Below, one piece after another: positions 12,095 to 24,010 of a stretch of 64,000 nt of DNA (positions are counted from its first letter, which is position 1; each line of letters opens with the position of its first letter). The notes under the pieces are model-generated. The model saw only the letters and a program-made list of their open reading frames with translations. It was not told the DNA's origin and did not search any database. The DNA is from Lama glama (Eukaryota): assembly GCA_028534125.1 (NCBI GenBank), contig CM052817.1, forward strand, positions 81,966,001 through 82,030,000, in the 5' to 3' direction. Both the position numbers and the translations under genes were made by a program.

Positions 12095-13738
12095 GTACGC
12101 AAGCCATTTCAGCGTCCACAGGAAATTATCGTAACCATATAAAGTATAAGTATATGCACCTAAATATATAACTGAATTAAAAGAACTACATTTTGATTCT
12201 AAATATTGGAAATATTAAAGGGGCAATGATTGGTCAAATACAAAATCCTTTTTAAATTCATGTTTTTAACCTGAGGAAGAGTAAAACCCTTTTATAATTG
12301 TTTGCTAAAGATGTCCTTAGATTCCATTTTATAAATACATCATTTAGTTATTGTTGTTTTACCTATAGGGATGCTAGGCAAGTTACAAGGCCAGAGGCTA
12401 TATTCAGGCTTTGGCTTAATACTAGCTGCCTTTAGGGGATATTTCACTGCTGAACATGTTGTATTTGGTTGAAAAGTAAGAATACTAAGTCACTGAACAC
12501 TGAGTTCAAAACATCATACAGTGAAAATAAAAGCTATTATAGCTAAAGATGATAATTAAGTTTTAAATTCCAATTATTGGAATTGGTTTCAAATATTACT
12601 TTTTAAATTCTTTTATTGGTTGTTTGTTTCTAAATCCTAGTAACTATTGTTAACAAGACATTAATGATATTCAAGCCAGCATTAGAGCATCACATTCTCT
12701 ATTGTGAAGCTTTATATCCCACTGACTGACCCTAATGGGGTCTCTTTTATATAAATTGCCTTATTTTTGGGTAAGCGGTTATAACTTAAATCGTTGCATT
12801 TATCTGGCCACTCTTTAAAGAATCATTTGATTCTATTATAATATGAGAATGAATAGAAATTTATGATTAAATTTACATACTATAATCAATAAGATCTTAG
12901 TAGCAGAGGTAAAATTGTGTTTAGGAAAATAAACAAAACATAAAAAAGTACATTGTCACATGATTTTTTTTTAAAGTAATGAGTATTTAGTAAGTAGGAA
13001 CCCAGTTATATTTGGAAAATAAAATGTCATTCACTTGAGAAATGCTTGTGATTCTCTTTAAAAAACTGGGATATAATTCACATACTATAAAGTTTACCTT
13101 TTTAAAATGTACCATTCAATGCTAAGTCCCTTGAGTTATTTTCTTTATGTCTTTTCTTTAGGTCTATTACTTATATACTTCAATAGTGTGAACGTTTTAT
13201 CAGATTATGATAAATTACAATTATACATGACAATTTAAATTCTAAAAGATTATTACTAATAAAGTCATTTACAAGTATAAATATTTGTACACTTCTTTGT
13301 TCAAGTTTTCCTTGTTAAAGGCTTTAATGATTATAAATCATTTTAACCATGAAAACATATATAATTAATTTTAGAAACACAGTGAAATTTATGAACAATT
13401 TTTTCAACTATGTATTTTTAACATGTGGCTATCTCTTCAAGTGCTCATAATTTATATAGCATGTATCCAGTATTGTAATCAGTATTTTCCAAATAAATAA
13501 TGAGTGTCTTAAAATGTTTTACATTTCATGGTTCTGAAATGGTTATAAACTTATGCAATGATTCACAAGATGAAATTATTTTTTCAGAGGAAAACTGGGG
13601 ACACTAATTCCAAAACCTTAATATTTTCATTGTTCTTTTTTTTATATATATAACTTTTACAATTTTTGTCACCATGGAAACTCTTTAAGAAATGCCTATT
13701 GGCTGTGTTCACATTTCTCTTCCTTTGCTGGCTTCCAG

Positions 13739-13956
13739 CTGTTACTCCTGACACCGCCTTATCATTAGAAGGCAAAGGGCGCTTGGACTACCACATGAGT
13801 CAGAATGAGAAGAGGGAATATTTGTTGAGACAGAGCATACGAGGTGCCGTGTTGGAGCCTTTTGGTGTGAACACTCTGGAAGTAAAATTCAGGACAAGAA
13901 GTGAGAATGGCATTTTAATCCACATTCAAGAAAGCAGCAATTACACTACTGTGAAG
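13739..13956 (+). CDS. FAT4: FAT4 coding exon (start of LamG2)
   Basis: Acceptor ttccAG at 13737-13738 and donor GTaaga at 13957; 218 nt, phase 1/0. Translates (S)VTPDTALSLEGKGRLDYHMS...LEVKFRTRSENGILIHIQESSNYTTVK, with the LamG 'FRT...G.L' motif. Confidence 0.95.
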
Positions 13957-15090
13957 GTAAGATAAAAAGCTAATGGTGACTTCATTGGATTAGACCGCCT
14001 GCTGTGTCATGGTTTAAATCACTTCTCCCACAACTTCTGTCCTTTTCTTTACAACCCATTAGAGTTCCGACTAATGCTGGGCACTATTCCAATATCATCT
14101 ATCTTAACTATTCCTCAAGCATTGGCCAGAGTAACAAAGATCTGCATGGTTTGGCTTCAAAACACTTTTGTTTAGAATAGAGCCCACTGCTAGGTAGGCC
14201 AGCATAGAAAGAATTGGTTCCAATTTATTTTGCCAGACAAAAATTTATGTTATTTTCACCCTACTTTCAAACAAAGTGCAAATAAAAAGATAGTATGTCT
14301 TTGAAATAGAAACATACTTTTTTCAAGAATTACTCCAAATACTGATATGTATGTATTCATTGGCAGGACTAGAATAGAAAAAAAAAGATGAACTTTTTTG
14401 GCTTTATTCTGGAACATGTATTCAATTTACCCAGGTAACTCCTGTGAAATTAAATATCTTTGGAATTTATTGTAAGTAAAATTTCAGCTGACTTCTCCAA
14501 ATCATTTCTAAATACATATTTTTGAAACATTCTATTTCATGACTGATTTATCATTAAGCTTTTACCCATTTTTTCTCTGCTGTAAATGAGATGCTAAACT
14601 GATGAATAATTTCATTACATGTGCATTTTCTGTCCGCTCTTAGCTTTCTCAACTTCTAAAATTATTATTCTGCTTTCTTTCCCACAAATAAGACTTCATC
14701 TCTCAGACCATCAGTTTATTAGTTTAGTTATATTGACTGGTTTTTACTAATATTATTTCGTATAATTCTACTGATAACTTTATTTGACTTTTAACAAATT
14801 CTTAAGAAAACAAACCCAGATTCCCTGAATTATTTTCACTTATAAATCAGTATTTTGGAAATTACTAAAAACTTAGTTCATAAAGAAAAAAGCAAAATAC
14901 ATAGAAAATTACTAGGCTCAGTTCACCTAAAATACTAAAAATAAAAACAGACGTTCACCTTGAAACTTCAGCCTCTTAAATTCTCAAAATTTCTCTCCAT
15001 CCAAGCTTATATTATGTTTCTCTCCATCTAAGCTGATAGTTATGTGTCATGTACCTAACTTTAAGTAGTACAAAAAACAGTCCCCTAGTT

Positions 15091-15288
15091 CAGTCGTTCC
15101 CAACTGGGGGTGACTTTACCTCTCGGGGGATGTTTGGCAATCTTTTATTGTCATGGGGGGTGGGGGGCTGCTACCAGCATCGAATGGGTGGAGGTCAAAT
15201 ATGTCTCTACACATCTTGCCGTGCACAACACCCACAACAGAGAACGGTCAGTCTGAAAGGTCAGCAGTGCTGAGGTTGAGACACTCTG
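15091..15288 (+). mobile_element. MER20 (hAT-Charlie non-autonomous DNA transposon)
   Basis: Termini cagtcgttcccaact...aggttgagacactctg; internal MER20 motifs (tttggcaat, tgctaccagcatcgaatgggtggaggtca, cccacaacagagaa); 8-bp TSD ccctagtt/ccctaatc (6/8 match). Confidence 0.85.
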
Positions 15289-16114
15289 CCCTAATCCAGT
15301 TGGAGAACATCCTCAGGTGATAACTTTACCTCCATTATTAAAGCAAAAAGCCCAATTCCAGAATTAATGAAGTCACTGCAAAACAAAGCACCTCTCACTG
15401 TATAATGTTATTACTTGGTGTGTACAATTTTCACTCAGAAGTGTATTGGAAGCAAAGACAGTAAAGAAGTGAAGAAAGAAGTAGACGTTCCATAGGCTAC
15501 CAGAAACACTTTTCATATGCACTGAGTGGCTTTGACACTGAGGTCTGTGCATTATCTGTTAGGCTGCTTCCAAGTCCTCGTGCCATTTAAATGACATATG
15601 AAATATTTCTGTGTGTTATCTCTTTAAGCCAAGAGTTACAAGAACAATGTGGTTGAAGAAATCGGAGACTGAATATTTTTCTTCCTCAAGGAAGAAGCTG
15701 AATGTCAGGATCCATTTTTGTCACCATAAAATCTTGCATTTCCAACAGGACAGCAGCAGACAGCTCCTCCAGATTGTGTTGCATGGGTAGCAACTTAGAG
15801 AGATTTTTTTTTTCCTGAAGGGAAAGTAAACTCTGGGTGAATAAAAATAATGACTAACGCAGACCAAAATTCACATTTCTTTTGTATGAAAATGTTGAAA
15901 GGCAATTTTTCAGAGATTGAGGGGTTTAGTAGGTGAAGTAAATAGCTTCTGAAAAAAGACAATAGTGATGAAGGAGAACTGAATAGACAGGAAGAGAGTG
16001 GTTGGTACAAGCAGTTACTTGGATGACAGGAATACGATCTGCTTACCCAGCCCAGGAAGCTCGGGGAAAGGGACTGTTACTTATCAATTATCTTATCAGT
16101 GACCAAGGCCCCTG

Positions 16115-16272
16115 GTTTTCTTCTTTCTTTCTTTTGGCTCACTTTCTGACAGTTGCCTTCTCTCTTTTTTTCCTTTCTTTTCTTTCTTCTTCTTTTTTTT
16201 TTCTTTTTTTTGCATACTCTGAATTAGTCAGTCTCTGTCTCTGTCTCTGTCTCTCAGTCACACACACACACA
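16115..16272. repeat. Pyrimidine-rich low-complexity tract with (CTCTGT)n and (CA)n
   Basis: Directly visible. Confidence 0.8.
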
Positions 16273-17806
16273 GGCAGTGGGAAGATACTTTGTGAAAATC
16301 AGAGAGTTGGGTAATGGGCTTCCATATGGTTAGAGGGGAGAGTATCAGGAGTGGGTAGCAGTAAATGTGACGAGAGAGAAGAATGTGCAATTTCTTGGGC
16401 TTTAAAAAAAAAAGAAAGAAGGAGAGAAAATTTCAGAGTGAAGAGCAGAAGAAAAACATTCTGTGTTCACCTGCTTTGACACTATGTTTAAAGCGTCTCA
16501 CTGATCTCTCTGCTTTTGCGGCACGCTGAGGATCTCCTTACTTGGGGTTCTGAAATAATGCCAGGTGGTGGGCTTTATTTCTGCTCCACATCAGTTCCTC
16601 TGTTTTGGTGCTTTGTTTTTGTTCCGAAGTGAAGCGAGGTATACTGTACAGAGCTGGGATGATTCGGAGCTCTGTGGAGTCAAACATAAAGATATAAACG
16701 AACAAATACCTCCATGAATAAATAAAACCAAACCAAAAACTGAGCATGATGTTTTGAAAGTTAGGAGGGATGAAAGAGTTAGGTAGATTAGGGAGCAGGA
16801 AAACGTTCAGAATGCTGTAATGGAAACATACTTTCTTACTCATTCTCCTCCATGTTATGTTCCAAGGACCCTTCCATCAGAAACTGGTCAAATGGAAGGA
16901 TGACGTGGTGTGATCAATTAAGAGAGAAACAGAGAGCTTGCAGAAGGCTCTTCCCAAGGCTTCTTTCCAAAAAGGACTCTGGCTATAACCAAAGAGGGGT
17001 TGCTGTTTTTACTGTGTGTTTCATGAGACGTTGCCCACTTGATGAAATGTTATTGTCACTTAACCACAATTTTCTATTTTTTCCCTCTGGGTTCGGTGCT
17101 GGAATATATTATCTGGAGAAAGTGCTTTAATGAAATATTTCATTATGAATAACGCATGTAAATGTGTTAGGCATATTTTCCACAAAGTAAAAATGAACTC
17201 ATTTTTAGTTCTACCAGATGTGTTTGTTGTATGTAGAAATAACATTTGATCTGAGTAACAAAATAAACTGATCCATCCTTCCACTCCTGTCATTTGATAC
17301 GCGGCACCACCTTCTCCCCCGGCTGAGGCACCAGCTCTGCCTGGCAACAGTGATGGGATTATGCTCTTTTCATCCTGCCTTATAAATTATTTCATTTTCT
17401 AAGCGTCTACTTAGAAAACTGGAAACTTGGTAGCTGGAAACCGGAGTAAGAGCATCCTGTTACCCAATGTTCTACTGGGTAAAGTAAGAGAAACCAAATA
17501 TCCCTTAGATAAATTTCAAAAGACAGCCAAAGTAAAGACTTGCCCAGACACCTCATTATTAAGAACTCACCCTTTATTCATCATAGCTGTCATCCTAATA
17601 AATGATATAAACAATAAGCATGATTTTTTTCCTAAAATTCCAGTATGTAATAGATGACAGGTACAACAATTTATTTATATCTTTACTTTTCCAACTATGC
17701 TTCATTTATAGTTAAGCACTGATTTCTTTCTCTGGAGATAGCTTTAATATTTTCTGATAATTGTGGGCCACTTACTAAATGGATAATTTTTTTAAACTTG
17801 CAAACT

Positions 17807-18045
17807 GATAAATTAGGGGTTGGGGTTTAACAGGCACATGTTACTCTATATAAAATAGATAAATAACTAGGACCTACTGTTTAGCACAGGGACTTATATT
17901 CAATTTCTTGTGATGACATATAATGGAAAAGAATCTGAAAAGAAAATATCTATGGGTATGTATATGTATAACTGAATCACTTTGATGTACACTTGAAACT
18001 AACATTGCAAATCAACTATACTTCAATAAAAATTAAAAATATAAT
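17807..18045 (+). mobile_element. 5'-truncated L1 3' UTR fragment (cetartiodactyl type), sense to FAT4
   Basis: gataaattagg...tatataaaatagataaataac...tagcacaggga...ataactgaatcacttt...aaatcaactatacttcAATAAA plus an A-rich tail. Confidence 0.85.
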
Positions 18046-18393
18046 AAAATACAAAAATACATATAAGTAATCCTAAAAAGGTATAATTTACCTATCTTAA
18101 AATGAGTATTTTCCCTATTATTACCTCAGTTGTGTTCTGGAAAATAATTCTATACATCTTGAAAAATTAGTTATGAATGTCAGATTACTTAGAAAACTTT
18201 GAATCTGTTAAATGTGAAGGCATGTGCTACCTAAAATGGTAAAGGCAATATAGGTAAATATAGTCTAATACAACCAGACACCTCCACTGTTCTCTCTCCA
18301 TTAAATTGATTAATGTTTTAAGGATTCATTACATTTTTATTTTTATTCAAGCATATCACAGTTTAATTATACATTATTTTAAATGTTTTACAG

Positions 18394-18655
18394 ATTAAGA
18401 ATGGCAAAATGCATTTTACATCAGATGCAGGAATTGCTGGGAAAGTGGAGAGAAATATTGCTGATGTCTACGTTGCAGATGGCCACTGGCATACTTTTTT
18501 AATTGGAAAAAATGGAACAGCTACAGTATTGTCCGTTGACAGAATTTATACCAGAGATATCATCCACCCTACTCAGGACTTTGGTGGCCTCGATGTGCTC
18601 ACTATATCTCTCGGAGGAATTCCACCCAATCAGGCTCATCGAGATACTCAAACAG
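18394..18655 (+). CDS. FAT4: FAT4 coding exon (LamG2)
   Basis: Acceptor ttacAG at 18392-18393 and donor GTaaat at 18656; 262 nt, phase 0/1. Translates IKNGKMHFTSDAG...VADGHWHTFLIGKNGTATVLSVD...LGGIPPNQAHRDTQT(G). Confidence 0.95.
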
Positions 18656-18869
18656 GTAAATGCTTGTGTTGAGTAGAGGCATGAGAGAAAGGTAAGACTG
18701 CTCCTCCAAGAGTAGTTGGATATCCGATAGTATCCATTCTAAGATTCTCATAAATATCTTTAGAAAGTCGGTAATAAATTATCAGCCATCAGTTTCTTTA
18801 GTCATTGTTCTGCCAAGTCCATAAATCAGCCCATGATGTTTTGATCCTTTCCTTGTACACCAAATATTT

Positions 18870-20110
18870 ATTTAGACATTCACTCATTTACTCATCCATT
18901 TATTCATTCACACGACAGATATTTACCGAGCCCTGTATATACTTAGCACGAACAACAATGGTGGACTAAATACCCACTCTTTTCATAGACTACATGGTCC
19001 TGTAAGGAAGATAAACAGCAATCAAATCATTACACAAGTAAATATATTATTTTAATCTTTGATAAATGACGTGAAGGAAGAATCTAAAATTCTAAGAAAT
19101 TGCAAAACAAAGTGAGAAAGGGAAACGTCTCTGGAAATTGACATTTGTACTTAAATCTGACCTATGAAGATGAGGATGGGACAGTATGAAAGATTAATTC
19201 ATATCAATGGGAACTAAAGGAAAAAAATAGAAAAGTCAGGATCACAGAACCCAAAATATTGGGGGCTAACGTCACAGATAAAAGATGAAGTTGGAGAATG
19301 AAAGTTCTTCTAGACTATGTGGCAGTTCTGATCTCATTCTTGGAACATTGGGAAGTTACTGAAAAATTAATCAGTGGAGTATCAAAATTAGATATGCAGG
19401 ACATTAAAGATCTTTCAGGCTACCCCGTGGAGAGTGCGTTGCAGAAGGACAAGAGGGGACTTGCATAAATTAGCTGGAAGAAACTGCAGTGACCTAGGCA
19501 AGGTATTGTGTGAACTTTGGCCAGTTTGGTGGCAGAGCAGTTGAAAAGAAGTGGGTAGGGAAGAATATTTTGGGAATTAAAATCAATGAAAATGTTGAAG
19601 ATTTTGATAAAATTCAGGGAGGTTTCTGACTTTTCAACTAGGAGAAGGGTAATGCCACTAGGAGAGGAAATGCAGAGCAGTGCCACACGAAGCACATTTC
19701 TGGGGAACATCAGGACTTTGGTTTGGGACTTTCTGGGTTTGGAGCATTTTTGAGAAAGACTTTTGGGTCGATAGGCTAGAAATGAAGAGTGGATTTCAGT
19801 TGGAAATATACAGTTAGGAGCTGTCAGTGTGGAGCAGGTAACTTAAGTACTGGGCACAGATGTGATAACCTAACATGACGATAGAGAGTGAAAAGAAAGC
19901 CTAGGGGCTTAACCTTCAGTAACTCTAAGAGTCAGTGGTTGTTTAGAAGAGAATGAGACAGAAAGTGGACTAAGTCACAGAAAGAAAACCAGAAGAGTAG
20001 GAATGACAGCATATGTCATAGAAGCTCACGGAAAAAAAGTGCATCGAGGATGGAAATGTCACTAGGGTGGAATGATGCATCAAATAAGAGGGAAATTGAA
20101 GAAAGCATGG
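18870..20110 (-). mobile_element. L2 LINE fragment
   Basis: Antisense L2 tail (cattcactcatttactcatccatttattcattca...atatttaccgagc) followed by a purine-rich L2-like body (tttggtttgggac, ggagctgtcagtgtg, gaaaaccagaagagt). Confidence 0.7.
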
Positions 20111-20971
20111 CAGAGTAATGGAGTCAAAGCATAAGAGTTAAAGCCTGGGTCATCATTAGGTCTTAGATATTTAGCTAGTTTTATAATCTGGATGCTAATT
20201 CATTTGGATGTTGTTAGAAAATAAGCCAGTGTAAATCATGCTCTTTTGTTAGTGCCAAAATATACTCTTGAGCTTGTGACTGGAACATTAGCAATATTAG
20301 CACGCAGATATGAGTCTAATGTCTTTCTCAACTTTTTTTTTTAAATCATCACCCTCTCAGGAGCTGTTTTAAATTTTTCTTTTCTAACCTCTGCCATCGC
20401 CACGACATGAAATATTAATGCCACGAGTATACTCTCTGTCACCCCTAGAGAGACCCACAAACATGGTACTATAACAGATTTTCCTTTTGCTCCTCAGCAG
20501 CCCTTGTTCAACTTCTTGAGAGCAGTAGCCCCTCCATGGAGACTGCATGATCTAATGGTTGAAGCTATTGGCCAATTTTGGTTCCTTTGAAGTATTTTTT
20601 AAAATAAACTTTATTTTATGCATGTAATTCTTGGTATAGGGACCATAAAAATAAAACAAATGGATAATTAAATAAATGAAAGAAGGGCTAAAAGGAAAAC
20701 CCAGCCTGTTGGAGTCATTCATAAATCTTCAGGCAGGGCGGGGTCCCAGCAGTCCTTCCACATTTCTGTCAGGGAACTCTTACACATCTTGTTAACTTAT
20801 GTTGTAAGAGGCACAGATTTATTGCCTGTAAACTAGAAGATGGCTCTGAGTGCAGTTTCTAAACTCTACAGATGCGACTGTGAAGCTTCTCTTTCCCAGG
20901 TTCCATTAGTGCGGCCTGTTAAGCCTTTGGTTTTCCCTGAAATGCCTTACCGCTCCTTCTTGCCCCTGCAG

Positions 20972-22836
20972 GGTTTGATGGCTGCATTGCTTCTATGCTG
21001 TACGGCGGAGAAAGTCTTCCTTTCAGCGGGAAACACAGCTTGGCCTCCATCTCCAGGACGGATCCCTCCGTGAAGATCGGCTGCAGGGGCCCGAACATCT
21101 GTGCCAGCAACCCCTGCTGGGGCGACCTGCTGTGCCTCAATCAGTGGTACGCCTACAAGTGCGTGCCGCCCGGGGACTGCGCCTCCCACCCGTGCCAGAA
21201 CGGGGGCAGCTGTGAGCCAGGCCTGCACTCCGGCTTCACCTGTAGCTGCCCCGAGTCGCACACGGGGAGGACCTGTGAGACGGTGGTGGCCTGTCTTGGC
21301 GTCTTCTGTCCTCCGGGGAGGGTGTGCAAAGCTGGAAGTCCCGGGGGGCACGTCTGTGTCCCGAGTCAGGCCCCTGAGGAGATCTCCCTGCCTCTGTGGG
21401 CGGTGCCTGCCATCGTGGGCAGCTGCGCCACCGTCCTGGCCCTCCTGGTCCTGAGCCTGATCCTGTGTAATCAGTGCCGGGGGAAGAAGGCCCAAAATCC
21501 CAAAGAAGAGAAGAAACCCAAGGAAAAGAAGAAAAAGGGAAGTGAGAATGTTGCTTTTGATGACCCAGACAACATCCCTCCCTATGGGGAGGACATGACT
21601 GTGAGGAAGCAGCCGGAAGGGAACCCGAAGCCAGATATCATTGAAAGGGAAAACCCTTACCTCATCTACGACGAGACCGACCTTCCACACAACTCAGAAA
21701 CCATCCCCAGCGCCCCCCTGGCTTCACCCGAGCAAGAGATTGAGCACTACGACATCGACAACGCCAGCAGCATCGCACCCTCCGACGCCGACATCGTCCA
21801 GCACTACAAGCAGTTCCGCAGCCACACCCCGAAATTTTCCATCCAGCGGCACAGCCCCCTGGGCTTTGCCAGGCAATCCCCCATGCCGTTGGGAGCGAGC
21901 AGTTTGACTTACCAGCCTCCCTACAGCCAAGGCTTAAGGTCCAGCTCCCTGAGCCACTCGGCTTGCCCAACCCCCAACCCGCTGTCGCGCCACAGTCCAG
22001 CCCCTTTCTCCAAGTCCTCTACTTTCTATCGGAACAGCCCGGCCAGGGAGTTGCATCTTCCGATAAGGGATGGGAATACTTTGGAAATGCACAGCGACGC
22101 GTGCCAACCTGGCATTTTCAACTACGCCACGAGGCTGGGAAGGAGAAGCAAGAGTCCCCAGGCCATGGCGTCGCACGGTTCTAGACCTGGGAGTCGCCTG
22201 AAGCAGCCGATCGGGCAGATTCCTCTGGAATCCTCTCCTCCAGTAGGGCTCTCCATTGAAGAGGTGGAGAGGCTAAACACCCCTCGCCCTCGAAACCCGA
22301 GTATCTGCAGTGCAGATCACGGAAGGTCGTCTTCAGAGGAGGACTGCAGAAGGCCACTGTCCAGAACGCGGAACCCGGCGGACGGCATTCCAGCCCCAGA
22401 GTCTTCGTCGGATAGTGACTCGCATGAGTCTTTCACTTGCTCAGAAATGGAATATGACAGGGAAAAGCCCATGGTGTATACTTCCAGGATGCCCAAATTA
22501 TCTCAAGTCAATGAGTCTGATGCAGATGATGAAGATAATTATGGAGCCAGACTGAAGCCCAGAAGATACCATGGCCGCAGGGCTGAGGGAGGACCTGCGG
22601 GCCCACAGGCAGCAGCCCCAGGGGTTGCTGACAACACACTGCCCATGAAGCTCGGGCAGCAAGCAGGGAATTTCAACTGGGACAACCTTTTGAACTGGGG
22701 CCCTGGCTTTGGCCATTATGTAGATGTTTTTAAAGATCTGGCATCTCTCCCAGAAAAAGCAGCAGCAAATGAAGACGGCAAAAGTGGGACCACTAAGCCA
22801 GCCCCCAAAGATGGGGAAGCAGAACAGTACGTGTGA
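20972..22836 (+). CDS. FAT4: FAT4 terminal coding exon: end of LamG2, EGF-like repeats, transmembrane helix (~21397-21465) and the entire intracellular domain
   Basis: Acceptor ctgcAG at 20970-20971; phase 1 start gives (G)FDGCIASMLYGG, in frame with ORF 20995..22836. Hydrophobic WAVPAIVGSCATVLALLVLSLIL is followed by a Lys-rich stop-transfer. Fat-family ICD motifs GLSIEEVERLN and FNWDNLLNWGPGFGHYVDVFKDLASLP are present; C-terminus EAEQYV; TGA at 22834-22836. Confidence 0.98.
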
Positions 22837-24010
22837 ACTGTGTGAACTTTGCGTACTGGCGTTGTTATAAAACATAAAAGCAGGAAACACTCAAACCATT
22901 GTGAGGTTGCCGGCTAGAGTGGGTCACGTTTGCAAAACAGGCCAGTATGGACCGGTGTTGGAGGGGAACTTAAAAATAATAACCACAATGCTGCTGAAAC
23001 AGACTCAAAACAACTCTTTAATTTAAATATGCTTGGTTGACTTTATTTTCCTGCATGCATCGTATTTTGTACCTAGTCATGTGGCATGCAGCAAAGTTTT
23101 TTTCTTATTTACCGATGTTTGATTTGTGACTTTTCAGATTAATACTGTTGCCATTGCAGAAATGAACTTGTGCTTTCACAGTGCGGTCTGCGTATTGTCT
23201 CCATTGTATTATCACCATTACGTTTTGCATTGCAAGACCCTTGAGGCTTAACCAATCTTTGTAAAGTGTAGAAACAGTCCTCCTATCCTTGAATGAAAGA
23301 CTAAGTATTAACACTTCTCAGAGTTACAGATTTCATAGTCGATGTTGCTCAGAAATGTCTGGATATTTGAATATGTTTTTTCATGACCGTGGGTACTAAA
23401 ATTAAGTCATTTTTTTCAGCACTTTAGAATTTTCTTACCAAGTTTTGTTACAAATCCTGAATCTTTATTGTGAACAGTGATGGGCTCCTGACTTTCATCA
23501 GGCTTCCACTAGGAACGAAATGATTGCATGTTGTCCCCAGAACACTGCCCTCTCCTACTGTGGAAGGATATTCCAGCAGCACTTCTCAGAGACACTTTTA
23601 AAAGTTATTTATTGAAAAAAATGCTCTATGCTTTTAAAATGTTAAAGAATCTGCCTAAAGAAAGCCTATGACTGGACTTATTTTTCAACCATTTAACATT
23701 TATCCCAAGTACCCAGTTTTTATAATTTATATAAAGTCAAATTTCAAAACATCTTACTTTCTGTCATTTTGTAAATCATTTTTTTTAATACTGTGTAAAA
23801 CCTTGTTTTTACACCTAAGCTGTGTTTTTGATACTGATATTTTCCTATGCTGAAGAGTTTTCTTACTTTCAGGGAAGGTAAGAAAATACTTTTTTTACAT
23901 TTGTTACTTATGTAACGTTCATATTTTTCACATTTTGATATTTGTAACATACTGTATGCTTTCTACTTTTAAATGCGAACGATAGAATTAAAATATTTAT
24001 TTAAAATACT
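22837..24010 (+). other. FAT4: FAT4 3' UTR (3' end approximate)
   Basis: Repeat-free, U-rich sequence after the stop, with several miRNA seed matches and UGUA elements upstream of ATTAAA at 23987-23992. Confidence 0.75.
23987..23992 (+). terminator. Probable FAT4 polyadenylation signal (ATTAAA); a second hexamer AATAAA lies at 24088-24093
   Basis: Hexamer at the end of the U-rich UTR, preceded by several TGTA motifs (e.g. 23943, 23953). Confidence 0.65.

Noticed and set aside
20947..21690. 247-aa antisense ORF and other alternate-frame ORFs overlapping the FAT4 terminal exon
   Set aside because: Expected shadow ORFs of a GC-rich coding exon; no recognisable domain and no independent gene structure.
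22834..22840. Programmed stop-codon readthrough of FAT4
   Set aside because: The context is TGA-ACT, not the TGA-CTAG readthrough motif, and a second stop follows two sense codons later.
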